Positions 25,060 to 39,014 of a DNA stretch of 64,000 bases are shown here, in pieces (position 1 is the stretch's first letter; each line of letters starts with the position of its first letter). The DNA is from Octopus sinensis (Eukaryota), in assembly GCF_006345805.1 (NCBI RefSeq), contig NC_043016.1, forward strand, positions 11,780,001 to 11,844,000, given 5' to 3'. The translations under genes were made by a program, and so were the position numbers. Below the pieces are notes generated by a model, which saw only the letters and a program-made list of their open reading frames with translations, was not told the origin of the DNA and made no database searches.

Positions 25060-25330
25060 TTTGCACTGGACTGGCTCCTGTGCAGGTAGCATGTAAAAAA
25101 ACACCTTTGAGTGTGATTGTTGCCAGAACTGTGTGATTGGCCCTTGTGTCGGTGGCACATTAAAAACACCCACTACACTCTTGGAGTGGTTGGTGTTAGG
25201 AAGGGTATCCAGCCGTAGAAACTCTGCCAGATCAGACTGAGCCTCGTGCAGCCTTTGGTTCACCAGTCCTCAGTCAAAACATCCAACCCATGCCAGCATG
25301 GAAAGCAGACGTTAAACGATGATGATGAGC
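25060..25330 (+). mobile_element. RTE-tail element (family C)
   Basis: Core ggttggtgttaggaagggtatccagc and (GAT)n tail. Confidence 0.85.
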
Positions 25331-26689
25331 ACAAAAATGAAAGAACATTATTGACTAAGAAAGAAAAAAGATTTTCACAGTTCCATGTCTTATAAAAAAA
25401 TTTTTTAAAACATTGGATCTTTCACCCCACTACAATTTTCCCCAGGCCTCACATTAGAAATCACCAATCTAAAATGTTTGTGAAAACTCAAGCATAGAAA
25501 ACAGTGGTTGTTAAGTGCAAAGAGAACAAGTGAGATATATGAATAGATACATCATCGTTGTTATCATCATTTAACGTCCCCTTTTCCATGGGGTGTTTGC
25601 ATTCACAACTGCCAGATTACGGCTTTGCTTCCCAAACCGTGTGTTGTGTGTTGTGTTCTTTGAGCAAAACACTTTATTTCATGTTTTTTCTCATTCACTC
25701 GGCCATAAATGAGTAACCTTGTTACAGACTGGCATCTTGTTTAAGGAGAATGTTATGATCTGAGCCACTTATACAGCATGGAAACAATGTATGGAGCCCA
25801 AGTCCTTCCTAGAACCCAAGAAAGTAATGTCCCGGGTTCACCTGTTATATTCTTTTTTTTTTTTTTTATGGGTCCAATGGAATTTACTGAGGCAGATTTT
25901 CAACAATCAGATGCCCTTGCTGTTGCTAACTCTCACAGGTTTCCAACCAAGAAAGGTAATATTTTCCCCCTTGGCCAGACGTGGTTCCACAAAAGAGACG
26001 ACAATGAACGACATTGCTTGTATGACAATAACATTCACAAACTGTTACCACAAGATAACAAAACAGAGATACATACTTCCACACTTGAGAGGTCGGGCTT
26101 CTGTCAGGTTCTACCTACCAAATCCACTCACCTCAGTTCACATGAGGGATATAATAGAAGTCACTTGCCCAAGAGGCCACACAGTGGGACTGAACCCGAT
26201 TCCATGTGGCTGGGAAGTGGATTTTTTAACTACACATCCATGCCTGTGCCCTGTCATGTCTGCAAGAGCAAGCACGAGAGGGAACAGATGAAGCATATTA
26301 TGTGATGCTAGGTTCATTTATTATATGATATTGTATAAACTTTCATAATTATTAATGGAAAATAAAATTAATGATATCTGCCAGTGGATAACATCTGGAT
26401 AACATTTAAACTAAATTGATATCAAATTTCAGTAATTTGTAATAGAAATAATTTTTAATCAACAATTTCAATTTATTAATGCTTTTGACTTGAAAGTTGA
26501 TACAATATTTTATTTGGTTGCAGGAATTCACAAGCTGCTTCTGTTGCAACTTCATAGTTTGAACTTTAAAAAAAAAAAGAAAGATACTTTATTTCAATTT
26601 ATAGTCGAGGAAATTTTATAATTTCATAACTAGAAAGATCCTTTTAATGCTGAAGTTCAATATCTCGGATACATTATATTGAATATATG

Positions 26690-26950
26690 CTGTGCTTGAG
26701 GAAGCCTACTGAGTCAATACCAGTGCTGATCGCCGCCAGAGTTGCCTGACTGGCTCCCGTACTGGTGGCATGTAAAAAGCACCCACTACACTCTAGGAGT
26801 GGCTGGCGTTAGAAAGGGCATCCAGCTGTAGAAACATTGCCAGATCAGACTGGAGCCTGGTGCCGTCTCATGGCTTTACCAGACCTTGGTCAATGCGTCC
26901 AACCCATGCCAGCATGGAAAACAGATGTTAAATTATGATGATGATGATGA
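26690..26950 (+). mobile_element. RTE-tail element (family C)
   Basis: Family C core and (GAT)n tail. Confidence 0.8.
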
Positions 26951-27842
26951 TCCACTTTGAAGAAATAATTTAATATATTTAATATTTTTTGTTCTGAGTT
27001 GTAATTAGAATGAAATGAGTTATAAACAAAGTCCAAATTAATTTTATTATGGACATGGCAGAGGAAGTGAAGTATGGTTAGGAAATATTAAGGTTCCTTA
27101 AAAAAAAAATTGTGAGAGAGAGAGAGAAAGACAGCAAGAGAGAAAAGCCCTTGTGTGTTGATGTGTTGCCATGGTGAACTCATCCAATTCATTCCAGAAT
27201 TATTTGTTTCAGTCAATGAACTGTGACACTGCTGGGACACCACCTTGAAGGTTTTAAGCCAAACAAACTAATTTTTAATTTGACTTAAACTTATTTTAAA
27301 ACCTACTTTATAAATTTTAAATTTTGCCAAACTGCTCAGTTATAGGAATGTATACAAACCAACACCACTTGTCAAGTTGTGGTAAAGGACAAACACAGAA
27401 ACACACACGTATGTACATGTATAACAGGCTTCTTTCAGTTTCTGCCTACCAAATCCACTTACAAAATTTTGGTCAGACCAGGGCTCAAGTAAAAGACACT
27501 TGCTTTGGGTGCTACATAGTGGAATTGAACCAGGAACTATGTGGTTGGGAAGCAAATTTCTTAACATCTGTTTTAGCATGCTAGCATGGGTTAGATGAGG
27601 AGTTACTTCAGGCAGGATTTTATGGCCAGATGCATAAATCATTACCTCTTTTCAAGAGAAGTTATTTCATACTTTATCCAAGACGTCTTTGAAAGCACAA
27701 AGTGACCAGTCATTTCGACATCATCACATTTATAAATTTTATAACTATTTTCTCTATAGTTATAAATCTTAAATATCAGTTCTTTGAAATACACAATTAT
27801 TGGTAATGCCCCAGCATTGTCTAAATCAAGGAGTAACATTAA

Positions 27843-28063
27843 TACGAAGGGGTTGAAAAGTTCCTGGTTTTAAGGGGATTGTAAAAGGACTGGTTGGAGG
27901 TCTAAATTTCTGAGTCTTTTTACAGGTCTTAGAAAAACTGAAGGACCGCTGCATTAAGCGTGTGAATCTGTGAGGAGAATTAGTTGAATAAAATCACAAT
28001 TAACTGATATCCTCCTGCATTTTCTTTTACCCAAAGCCAAGAAATTTTCAGTACCCCCACATA
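27843..28063 (+). mobile_element. Mariner-derived MITE
   Basis: tacgaaggggttgaaaagttcctgg TIR. It retains the transposase C-terminal tip (GLRKTEGPLH/LEKLKDRCIKRVNL-like). Opposite orientation to 5373-5594. Confidence 0.75.
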
Positions 28064-28578
28064 TACATAACTCACAATTTACTGGCAGAATTTTAGAGCA
28101 CTGCATAAGATTAAACACACAACTAAAATGGTAAAATTTTTGACCCCCACCTATCATCCAAAATCCATGCATGCTGACTTTATATAAACAGAAAGACAGA
28201 CTACCCTCCTTTATTTCCAGCATTTGTACGATCTCTGTATTCAATTGCTAATGTCTTGCTATCATGCCACACTGTATGTGCACATTTTATAATTTGCCTC
28301 TGATTTGGTCTTTCAGAGGGGAATACTTAGATACCAACAGAGGTAAATAGTTCTCAAACTTTTTTTCCAGTTTTTCCTTATTCTAGCTACTATATTTTCA
28401 CCATTGCCGGCAATAAATAATAAGCCTAACAGAGCATTTCTTAGGCTCAATGGGTTAACTCATACATAGTTTCTAAACAAGGGGAAGAAAAAAATTGTGA
28501 TGGCACGGTTAGGTTGGAGGTGTTGTCAACAAATTGGCCTGATCAATAAATTCTTAGGAGTTAAAATGCAAATCTTAC

Positions 28579-28824
28579 CTTGCATGCCACTACCAGGTTC
28601 TGTGAAACTATTCCGGATAGGCTGACCGCCTTCATCTTGATGTGTGTCACTACCGCTCCCTGATGAAGTCACACTGCTCTGAGGTGATAATGGTGCATGA
28701 TCTGAAGTGCTAGATAATGGACGTACACGGGGATAAAGATCTTCACATTTTGCTAGCCAGTCTGATATATTATCAGGGGGTGTGACAGAATTAGTTCGCC
28801 GTAAAGGAGCGTGTGAATTGATGC
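28579..28824 (-). CDS. SAMD4/smg: Smaug/SAMD4 exon (246 nt, phase 1-1), pre-SAM region
   Basis: INSHAPLRRTNSV...HAPLSPQSSVTSSGSG...RNSFTEPGSGMQ matches SAMD4 HAPLSPQSSVASSGSG...RNTFQEEGSGMK. Acceptor tttcag, donor gtaaga. Confidence 0.95.
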
Positions 28825-28849
28825 CTGAAATAATAAAAAAATATATATA

Positions 28850-29796
28850 ATAATAATAATAATTGTGTACAGTGCTCAGGTGCACTACAACTCATCTAAA
28901 GTGTATATATAATCAGGTGTAGTTTCGACGGATTTCGGGAAGCATGAGGGCCTTAAAGGATGCAGTGTCATGGCAGTCAACAACTGATGCAGGCAGTTTA
29001 TTCCACGCTTCAGCAACCCTGAGCGTGAAAAAATGTTTCCGAAAGTCATGGGAGCTGTGCTGTTTTCTGACTTTGTAGGCATGTCCACGTGTGTTAGACA
29101 CATGGAGATCAAAAAGGTGTTCAGTGTTGTTGTTGGTGAGGTGGTTGATAACCTTGTGGGTGTTTACCAAGTCCGTCGCCAGACGCCGGAACTTCAGTGA
29201 ATCCATGCCCAGGAAAAAAAGGCGCTCAGAATATGGTAGGTGTCTGATGGAGGGTATGCGTTTGGTTGCACGTCTCTGGACAGATTCCAGGAGGTCAATG
29301 TTCTGAGCAAGATAGGGATTCCAAACTGATGATGCGAATTCCAAGTGTGGTCGTACCATAGCTGTATACAGTTTTAAATAGATGGCTGGAGAGCGGCTAA
29401 CAAAAGTCTTGCTGAGTGATGCCAAGACACCCTCGGCCTTCTTGACAATTTTAGAGATATGCTTTGTCCAACGCAAATCACTGCTGACAGTGATGCCTAG
29501 GTCACGCTCGCAAGAGGATTTCTTGATATCAGTGTTGTGAAGGGAGTATGTGGACGCAGGGTTTTTTCTCCCAAAATGCATGGTGGTACACTTGTCCACA
29601 GCCAGTTTCAGTTGCCAGTCTGTGATCCATTGCTGCATTGTGTCTAGGTCTGATTGCAGGAAAGAGTTGTAGACATCAGGATCAGTCCTCTTGATTTCAA
29701 GGTACAGCTTGATGTCGTCTGCATATTTCAATACTGTGGCATTCTTTAAATTGGCATCTATGTCATTAATGTATGCCACAAACAGGAGGGGACCAA
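28850..29796 (-). mobile_element. 5'-truncated CR1/L2-type LINE with a stop-free C-terminal RT ORF (more than 288 aa)
   Basis: GPLLFVAYIND...YADDIKLY...MVRPHLEFASSVWNPY...NTRGHAYKV..FFTLRVAEAWNKLP, followed by a short 3'UTR and a (TTA)n tail. Confidence 0.93.
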
Positions 29797-29969
29797 TTAA
29801 AAATTTTAATAAATTAGCATTAAAAGATAATTAATCCTTTTAGGGAATGCTAAATGTTTCTTGTATACTTAATTCACCTGTTAAAATGGTGTATGTGTTT
29901 AGTTAGTGAAATAAAAAAAAAGAAAAAAGAAAGACCCAAAATGACACTAGCAAAAACAACTCTACATTT

Positions 29970-30480
29970 AGCACATTATCGTTCAATGTCAGTTTTCCAT
30001 GCTGGCATGGATGGGTTGGATAGTTTGATAGGGTCCAACAAACTGCAGGGCTGCATCAGGTCCCAACGTAAGCTTTAGCATAGTTTCTACAGCCGCATGA
30101 TGCCCTCCCTAACACCTACCACTCTACAGCATGTACTGGGTGACTAGTGGGGGGGGGGGTCAACTTGCAAGAGCAGGACAAAGAAATAAAAGGAAAAGAT
30201 AAAAGCCCCCACCCCCTGTCCAACCTGACTGAAGCGGCGGCAGGGGGGGGGGTCTATTTGAGAGAGGGAAAAGAAGCTTTATGTTGGGTTGAGAGGCTAG
30301 GGTACGGTAAAGGGACAAGAAAAGGTGTCTAGCAAGAGAGGAGATACATGGCTACCCTACATTATGTGAGGGTAGGTACGAGTAGCCAAAAGAGAGATAA
30401 AAATGGTGATGACAGGATTACAAGGCGCCAGAGTGTTTCATGTAAGCTACAAGAAAGTAAGTATAAGGCATAAAGACCAA
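29970..30480 (-). mobile_element. Family C tail joined to a CT-rich body
   Basis: Family C core at 29970-30140, followed by a purine-rich (plus strand) segment that shares tagccatgtatct with about 35485. Confidence 0.55.
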
Positions 30481-30502
30481 GTAGATGTATTTCAAAAACC
30501 AA

Positions 30503-30533
<31 letters not shown>

Positions 30534-31176
30534 AATATATATGAGAGGATATTCAGAACTGCTTAGTTGAAACAAATTTAATTTGAAATGATGTTTCATG
30601 CATATCAATTTCTTTTTCTGTAGATTATTACTTAAATTTCAGGATGGTCTTTAAATCATTATCTTTTTATACATAATCATTTAAACAAACTTAAAACTAA
30701 AGAACAGAGCCTTTGCGCACATTTAAGTAGATCTATTAAAACAAAAAAAAAAAACATTCAATTGTGACCATCCAATCTATTTTTTATGTATCTAGGATTA
30801 TAATGTCAAATGAATTTGGCTGCTATTTCTAGCAGAACGAACTACTACATAGACACGCTTTTGTTGGCTCATTTTTCTTTTTTCGTTTTTTTTTTCTGTT
30901 TTAAGTTGTTTGTGCAGGTGGAAATAAATACTGAATTTGCTTTTAAAATTATTAACTTTTTGGTAAAATACTTACAGCTTTTTGGATCATATCTTAATTC
31001 TTGGCATCTATAAGTATCTATATCAAGGGCACATAGGAGGTTCTCAGACTGTCCACCTCGACCTGAAATATAAACAATACCTTGAAACAACTGGACAAAA
31101 AGAAAAAAAAAAAATTACAAACCAATACATTTTCCACTAAATCCTAATTGTGCATTCATATTTAATAATAAAAAGG

Positions 31177-31212
<36 letters not shown>

Positions 31213-31289
31213 ATTACTTGTTTTTGCAACTTCAACATTTGCCAGAAATACTGCATGCATGCTCATGCACAAAACATGTGTTGTTGTTG

Positions 31290-31800
31290 TGACCCCCTTC
31301 GGTCACGAATGACCATGGGACGGCACCTAGAAAAGTTGCCCTCCGAGGCACAAAACTGGGCAAGGTTGTTTATGGAAGACCAGCAGTCGCCCATGCATAC
31401 CAACTTCCCCTCTCCACACCACCAGTGTTATCCAAGGGAAAGGTAACGGCTGATACAGCTTGGCACCAGTGACGTCGCAGCTCATTTATTAACATGCAAG
31501 TGGCTGAGCACTCCACAGACACGTGTACCATTAATGTAGTTCTTGGAGAGATCCAGCGTGACACAGAATGTGACAAGGCTGGCCCTTTGAAATACAGCTA
31601 CAGCAGAAATAGGAAGAAAGAGTGAGAGAAAGTTGTGGTGAAAGAGTACAGCAGGGTTCACCACTACCCCCTGCTGGAGCCTCGTAGAGCTTTAGGTGTT
31701 TTCGCTCAATAAACACTCACAATGCCTGGTCTGGGAATCGAAACCGCGATCCTACAATCGCAAGTCCGCTGCTCTAACCACTGGGCCATTGCACCCCCAC
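31290..31800 (-). mobile_element. SINE family E, full length (about 500 bp)
   Basis: Minus-strand head ggtgcaatggcccagtggttagagcagcggact...ggtttcgattccc carries A and B boxes. Confidence 0.85.
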
Positions 31801-32202
31801 ACACACACAACATAATGCATGCCTAAAGATAATTAATTAAGCCATCAACATTTTGTATGTTTTGAATTCTGACTCTCCAGCATCTAAACCAGGCATATTT
31901 AGACTACATATTTCAAGTTTTAGGTTCAAACCATTCAGATCTCACACCTCTCACACCTACACTACAGTGTCATTCTAAAAATAAATGATCACATCATTGA
32001 AATCTCAAAGGTACAAGGTAACACATGATTAATTCAGAACAAGGTGAATAAATAAACATTACATTTGACAGAATAATTTGAATGCTACAGGGTTAAAAGA
32101 AGTTTGACTGAAAATGTTTTATGGGGATTCTAAAATTTCATAGAATTCATTTGAAAATACTTTTTAAAAAAAATAACACTTTCATATATAAAAGTAGTCT
32201 AA

Positions 32203-32555
32203 CTAGGCACGGCAGTGGCTGTGTGGTAAGTAGCTTGTTTACCAACCACATGGTTCCGGGTTCAGTCCTATTGCGTGGCACCTTGAGCAAGTGTCTCCTA
32301 CTATAGCCTCAGGCCAACCGAAGCCTTGTGAGTGGATTTGGTAGACGGAAACTGAAAGAAGCCTTTGTGTGTGTTTGTCCACCCCAACATCGCTTGACAA
32401 TTGATGCTGGTGTGTTTATGTCCCCATAACTTAGTGGTTCAGCAATAGAACCGATAGAATAAATACAAGGCTTACAAAGAATAAGACCTAGGGTCGATTT
32501 GCTCGACTAAAGGCAGTGCTCCAGCATGGCCGCAGTCAAATGACAAACAAGTTCC
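32203..32555 (+). mobile_element. SINE family A
   Basis: Head ggcagtggctgtgtggtaag...ggttcagtcc, family body and tail. Confidence 0.88.
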
Positions 32556-32896
32556 AAAAAAAAAAATTGAAAGCGGACTTTAATTATTGTTCTCCATTTA
32601 TGAACACTGTATTTCATGTGATAATTAAAAAGAGGAGAAAAGCCTAGAAACATCTGGTAAGAGGTGGAAGGACGACTCTTAATTCTGTCAAAGACAACCT
32701 CTCTTGGGCCAGTGACACAAAAGAATGCATCCAGTCTCAGCTGTAAAGTTGGTGAATGGAAGAAGGAACCAGCTGTATAAAGAGTAAGCCTCACCCACTC
32801 GAATTATTATTATGGCTGGATGGGTGAGACAAGGACTTCCCAAAATAAAGTGCAGGTAGCTCGTTTAGAAGAATATCAATTAAAAGTACTGGTAAC

Positions 32897-33120
32897 CCTT
32901 TAGCACTTAAGCCAACCATATCCAGCAACAATATTTAGCCTGTTTTATATTGAAATTGACCAGATCCAGCCTCTCACACCTACCCTACAATGTCATTCTA
33001 AAACTAAGCAATCATATCATTGAAATCTCTGAACTACATGATTAATTAATGATGCAGGATTAATTCAAAACAATATAAAACAAACATCTGATTTAACACA
33101 ATAATCTGAACACTAAAGGG
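32897..33120. mobile_element. piggyBac-like MITE
   Basis: aaccctttagcac...cactaaaggg termini and the family body. Confidence 0.8.
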
Positions 33121-33489
33121 CTTAAGACATTTCTGCCCAAAACTTCTCTAATTTTTCAAGTCCAAGTTGTAAAGTGGTTGGTAATAAGAAAGATACCAAA
33201 AACATGACATATACAGCAAATATTACTAGTTTCTACCTGTTATTTTGTGCGCTAGATACCAAAAGACTGTAATGATTGGCTACATGCTGAGACATGCCAG
33301 ACCTATGCCAATAAACAACAGTATATGAAGATGACAACTACTACTACTCCTACTCCACTTGAGATGGTCAATACTGAAGTGCTCATGTCCTTGTGTTGCT
33401 ATATTTCTGCTGAAATACACTGCTTTTCTTTCAATTACTTTTTGAAGATAATGGAGAATTCATTCAAATAACTTTTTTAATTATTAACT

Positions 33490-33895
33490 CTTTTACTCTT
33501 TTACTTGTTTCAGTCATTTGACTGCGGACATGCTGGAGCACCGCTTTTAGTCGAGCAAATCGACCCTGGGACTTATTCTTTGTAAGCCCAGTACTTATTC
33601 TATTGGTCTCTTTTGCCGAACCGCTAAGTGACGGGGACGTAAACACACCAGCATCGGTTGTCAAGCAATGCTAGGGGGACAAACACAGACACACAAACAC
33701 ATACATATATATATATATATATACATATATATGACAGGCTTCTTTCAGTTTCCGTCTACCAAATCCACTCACAAGGCATTGGTCGGCCCTGGGCTATAGC
33801 AGAAGACACTTGCCCAAGGTGCCACGCAGTGGGACTGAACCCGGAACCGTGTGGTTGGTTAGCAAGCTACTTACCACACAGCCACTCCTGCGCCT
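33490..33895 (-). mobile_element. SINE family A (young copy)
   Basis: Near-identical to 34775, 52655 and 54495. Confidence 0.92.
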
Positions 33896-34774
33896 TATAT
33901 TTAGAACAAATTTCACATGAAATCTTGATGGAAGGTTTTAATTTAAATCACTTTCAAACAGGAAATTGGTATCATAGAATCAAAAGGTGCTTCCAAGCAG
34001 GTTGGTATCGAAAGGTTTAAATGAAATCTCAAGCCAGAATTGTCAGAATTGATAGCATAGGAGTTCATCCATCCGTCCGCCCGCCCCACTGGAGCTAACT
34101 ACCTTGATGTGTATTAAGGAATTCACTTATGTCCTACACCCTGTTGTCTTGTACCCTTATCTTTGTTGTACCCGCTATTTCATGTGTGAGCAAGGAATAA
34201 GCTATGTTTGTTAACCAAAAAACATTGTCTTCTGATATTTATCTTTTACCTTTTTTGTAAAACATACATTTCAAATTTGTTTAGGTGCATGCATCCAAAT
34301 ATACTTCCTAATTTGGTAAAGCCCAACTTTTAATTAACCTCTTGTTACGACCCCCATCAGATTAATGTAAAATTGTTTTTATTAAGACTGAACATAAAAA
34401 AACAAACATTAACAATATATATACAGAGAATTAGATATTTTAGTAAACCCTTCCAAAAACCATTATATTGACAGCATATGAAAATGCAAAGGCACTTTAC
34501 ACATCAGAAATACAGTTGTGAAAAATGAAAAGTTTAACAGTTTCTTTATTATATTTGTAGCAGCTTAGTGGAAACATATGATCAGTCACACAGCACACTC
34601 ACAATAAGCATGTGAGAAATGTGTGACATATTTTAGTACATCATTATGTTTATTTAATAAAAGAGAATAATAGTAACTGGTAGAATACCAGTTACTGAAA
34701 GATTTTAAACTAATAATTAAATCAACAAAATATGAGATGTCGTAAAACATCCACCGACTGACAAGAGTGTAAAA

Positions 34775-35170
34775 TATACTCTTTTACTTGTTTCAGTCAT
34801 TTGACTGCGGCCATGCTGGAGCACCACCTTTAATCGAGCAACTCGACCCCGGGACTTATTCTTTGTAAGCCCAGTACTTATTCTATCGGTCTCCTTTGCC
34901 GAACCGCTAAGTGACGGGGACCTAAACACACCAGCATCGGTTGTCAAGCAATGCTAGGGGGAAAAACACAGACACACAAACACACACATATATGTACATA
35001 TATACCACGGGCTTCTTTCAGTTTCCGTCTACCAAATCCACTCACAAGGCTTTGGTCGGCCCGAGGCTATAGTAGAAGACACTTGCCCAAGGTGCCACGC
35101 AGTGGGACTGAACCCGGAACCATGTGGTTGGTAAGCAAGCTACTTACCACACAGCCACTCCTGCGCCTAT
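34775..35170 (-). mobile_element. SINE family A (young copy)
   Basis: Near-identical to 33490. Confidence 0.92.
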
Positions 35171-35694
35171 GTTTGAAGTTTCTTTTCTTTTTCTTTACTT
35201 TATTTTCATAGGTAGAAAGCAAGAAATTTCAGGGAAGTGGGTAGTTGATTATATCAACCCCAGTTTGGTTCTATTCTGCCAGTCCACTGATATTCACTAT
35301 TGGCCATGCCTCCAACCAAATTCCTCATTCACTTCTATTTCCATCTCTCTGACATTCTTGTGAACATTACCTACTCATCTGTACCCTTTCCAAACATCTG
35401 TCCCTATTCTCTTTTATAATTCCCCTTATCGTACCTTGAGAGTATACTCTGACATCTCATCACCATCATCCCTAGCTGAGTTAGCCATGTATCTTCTCCA
35501 TAACGAAACACCTGTTCCTTCCTGTCCTTTCTCTCCGACAGCTGGCATAACGCCACCTTCTCTAGTACTACACACACACACTCATTCGCTTGCCGTGTCA
35601 AGTTACTGGATGACCACACTAGGGGCCCACAATGAAAGCACTCCGTACACTCTGTAATGTGGTTGACATTAGGAAGGCCATTCAGCCATAGAAA

Positions 35695-35927
35695 CAGGTG
35701 GCGAGCTGGCAGAAACATTAGCGCGCCGGGCGAAATGCTTAGCAGTATTTCATCTGTCGTTACACTCTGAGTTCAAATTCCGCTGAGGTCAACTTTGCCT
35801 TTCATCCTTTCGGGGTCGATAAATAAAGTACCAGTTTCGCACTGGGGGCGATATAATCAACTCAATCCCTTCGTCTGTCCTTGTTTGTCCCCTCTATGTT
35901 TAGCCCCTTGTGGGCAGTAAAGAAATA
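35695..35927 (+). mobile_element. SINE family B nested in a family C element
   Basis: The family C sequence cagccatagaaac appears on both sides of the B copy (about 35685 and 35935). Confidence 0.82.
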
Positions 35928-36060
35928 CATTCAGCCATAGAAACCATGCCAGAGCAGACACTGGAGATTCATACAGTTCTCTGACTCATCAAATCTTAAA
36001 CCATCCAAACCAAGCCAGCATGGAAGCCATACATCAATCAATGATGATATATATATATAT

Positions 36061-36105
<45 letters not shown>

Positions 36106-38209
36106 ATATTATATATATTTGTATGAAGCCATTTTTGTTTTCTTTATGGTGGGGACATATATTTGATAAAATAAGTGGCAAATGCCAAAAAATTCATGGT
36201 GGAATTCAGTCTGGGGAGAAGTCAACAGTGGATCTGAGTGAGATCTGAACTGAAAAAAAAATTTAATTAAATACTGCAAAGCATTTAATACCATATTCTA
36301 CTTCTTCTGCCATTCACTGCTGCCACTGCCTTATGTTGGTGTGATATTTTTTCTTTTTAATTTATTTCTTACGAATCACTAGAAATACTTTGTGAGTGAT
36401 GCCAAATTCTTTACAGGTAAAGTGATACCTGAATATGTAGAAACTGGTGCTACTATCAGTAGGAAAATAAAATACACCACTTAGATTACTGTAGAAATGT
36501 TTACTAAAAAAAAAAAGTTATCACATATAAAGGCAGTATTCCAATATGTCCTTATCCTTACTTTCTAAAACAAACTAAAGAATAACAACAACAAAAAAAA
36601 AATTAACAGCAGTTCATGTTGTGCAGCAACTTATAGGAATTGTTCCACATATAGGTGCAGGCATAGTTAAGATGCTAGCTTTGCAACCAAAAGGTTTCGG
36701 GTTCAGTCCCATCGAATGGCTTCTTAGGCAAGTGTCTTCTATAAGGCCCCAGGCCAACTAATGCCTTGTAAGTAATTTGTTAGTTGGAAACTGTAGAAGC
36801 CCTACACACAACACGCACACACACACACATATCGACATTATAAAAATTTATAAACTTTGAGGGAACACGAAATAAATTTTGGAATGGTGAAACTTGAAGC
36901 ATATTACGTTATAAATAATCCTTTCTAATTTTAGGCACATGGCCTGAAACTTCGGGGGGGGGGGGGGCTAGCCAATTACATTGACTCCAGTATGCCACTG
37001 GTATTTATCTCATTGACCCCCGAGAAGATCGGAGGAATTTGAACTTAGAATTTAAAGATGGACAAAATGCTGCTGAGCATTTCGTCTGGCGTGCTAATGA
37101 TTCTACCAGAGCATAAAAAAAAAAAAAAAAGGTTCCGGGGGTCAATTCATTTGATTAAAAGTACTTCAAAGTGGTGCCCCCAGCATGGTCACACTCTAAT
37201 AACTAAAACAAGTAAAAGAAAACAGATAAAGATATAAACATCCCAAAAGCAACACAATTTTTTTACCATGTTGGGTATTTCAGTTGTGTAACCATGGCTG
37301 TTGTTATTTTAATATAATAAACGAAGTGGAATGCTGAGACAATGTATGATTAATTACCAAATATACTTGAGTAATAGCCGATCTCATGGATAAGTCAATC
37401 TATTTTAGGCCAAAAAATTGAGAATAAGTGAACCCAAGGATTTCACAAACAGGGCATTTGTGGATTTAGGTACCGTATTATCCTGCACATAGAAGTAACA
37501 TTGTTACAAAATTTTGTGGCTACCTTACTGAAGGCTGCTCTATAGGTGGACTGCTTGATGCTTATAATGGAATGCTCGGTGCTTATAGTAAAACACCATT
37601 CAATAGTGAGTACAACACATTTGTTACTAGAATGTATGTACAGGATATACTGCAAACCTGCATACATCTTCAAGCACAATAAACACACGTGTCATACATT
37701 CGTTTACACGGTGAGAAACGTGTTTCATAGACAGCACAATTGGCAAACACCAGTCTGAATTTGTACAAAGGTCTGACTTTGATAAGCCTAAAAACATTCA
37801 ATTAAATCGCTGGATCAGTGGTTCCCATGCAACCTTTATATTTTTCCTATCTCCAAATACAATAAACACACAAGTCATACACTTGTCTGTTTACACGGTG
37901 AGAAACATGTTTTACAGACAGCAACGCTATTGGCAAACAACAGCAAACACTACTGTATGAATACATACAGTGGCAGGACTTCAGTAAGCCTAAAAAACAT
38001 TTAATTAATCACTAAATCAGTACTTCCCAAACTTTTTCTTTTTTCTTTTTTTTTTTTTTTTTTGCCACAGAATCCTTCAACATTATTTTTACAAATGTGG
38101 AGCCCCTGATAACTTTCAGGGAACCCTGGAGTTTTGTAGAACACACTTTGGGAATCCCTGCTCCAGATTAACAACTTTACACCATATGATGGTCATTTAC
38201 TTTATTCTC

Positions 38210-38580
38210 TAGAAAAACGCCGCCGCCGTGGTGATCTCACTCTCACTCACAACATCATAAGCGGAAAGTGTAACCTCTCGAAAGAGCTGTTCTTCACTCC
38301 TGCTCCAGAGCGTCGGCTGTGGGGTCATTCCGAAAAGCTCTACCTGCGACGATTTCATCTCAATCGAAGGAGAGGAGCTTTCTCCGTCCGGGTTGCGGAT
38401 CCGTGGAACAAGCTGCCAGACGAGATGGTGAAGATGCCGACGACCGCTTTGTTCAAAGTCTCCCTTGACCACAAGTGGTCCTAACTCTTTACATGAACAC
38501 CACCCTGTACTTAACTCCATGTCCCTCTACATGGCCTTGCTTTTTGCTTTTGAGCCAATAACTAACTAACTAACTACTGG
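38210..38580 (+). mobile_element. CR1-type LINE 3' fragment with (CTAA)n tail
   Basis: LEKRRRRGDL...GHSEKLYLRRFHLNRRRGAFSVRVADPWNKLP. Confidence 0.88.
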
Positions 38581-39014
38581 TAACTGCACGACATCCTGCA
38601 GCTTTTTTCTAAAAGAGAAAATGTAAATATTTATAAGAGCTACACAGTCTTGTTTATGGGTTTTGTTATTTATACTAGGATGTGTGTTTTGACGCGTAGA
38701 GTTGGTAATATTACTGTAATTCCTTGTGTTTTTGTATTATGCACTTAGAGATCAGTTGGGCTTCTGCTGCTGACATGGTACTTCGGATTCTAACTCGAAT
38801 TTCAGCCTCTCAAAAGTAGTATGCATGTAATAATCAACCCTATAAATTTGACCTTAAAAAGTGGTCTAAAAAATCTGACTTTTACATGAGTATATACAGT
38901 AAAGAAATTGTGAATATTTAAACATTTGATAGAGTAACCTGAATGCTAAAGGATTAAACACATCCTTAAGGTCAACCATCAAAAAACCCGTACAAGACAA
39001 TAGCTACCATAAAA

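Noticed and set aside
25778-26305. 175-aa and 166-aa overlapping ORFs
   Set aside because: They are composed of family C and SINE A derived sequence with a poly-T run. No domain is recognisable.
31730-31800. tRNA-like sequences with A and B boxes (also at the heads of families A and B)
   Set aside because: They continue into SINE bodies and lack a closed acceptor stem, so they are SINE heads and not tRNA genes.
37470-37682. 70-codon plus-strand open frame after an AG, with a GTATGT nearby (VPYYPAHRSNIVTKFCGYLTEGCSIGG...)
   Set aside because: I recognise no homology and see no partner exons. An open frame of this length is expected by chance a few times in 64 kb.
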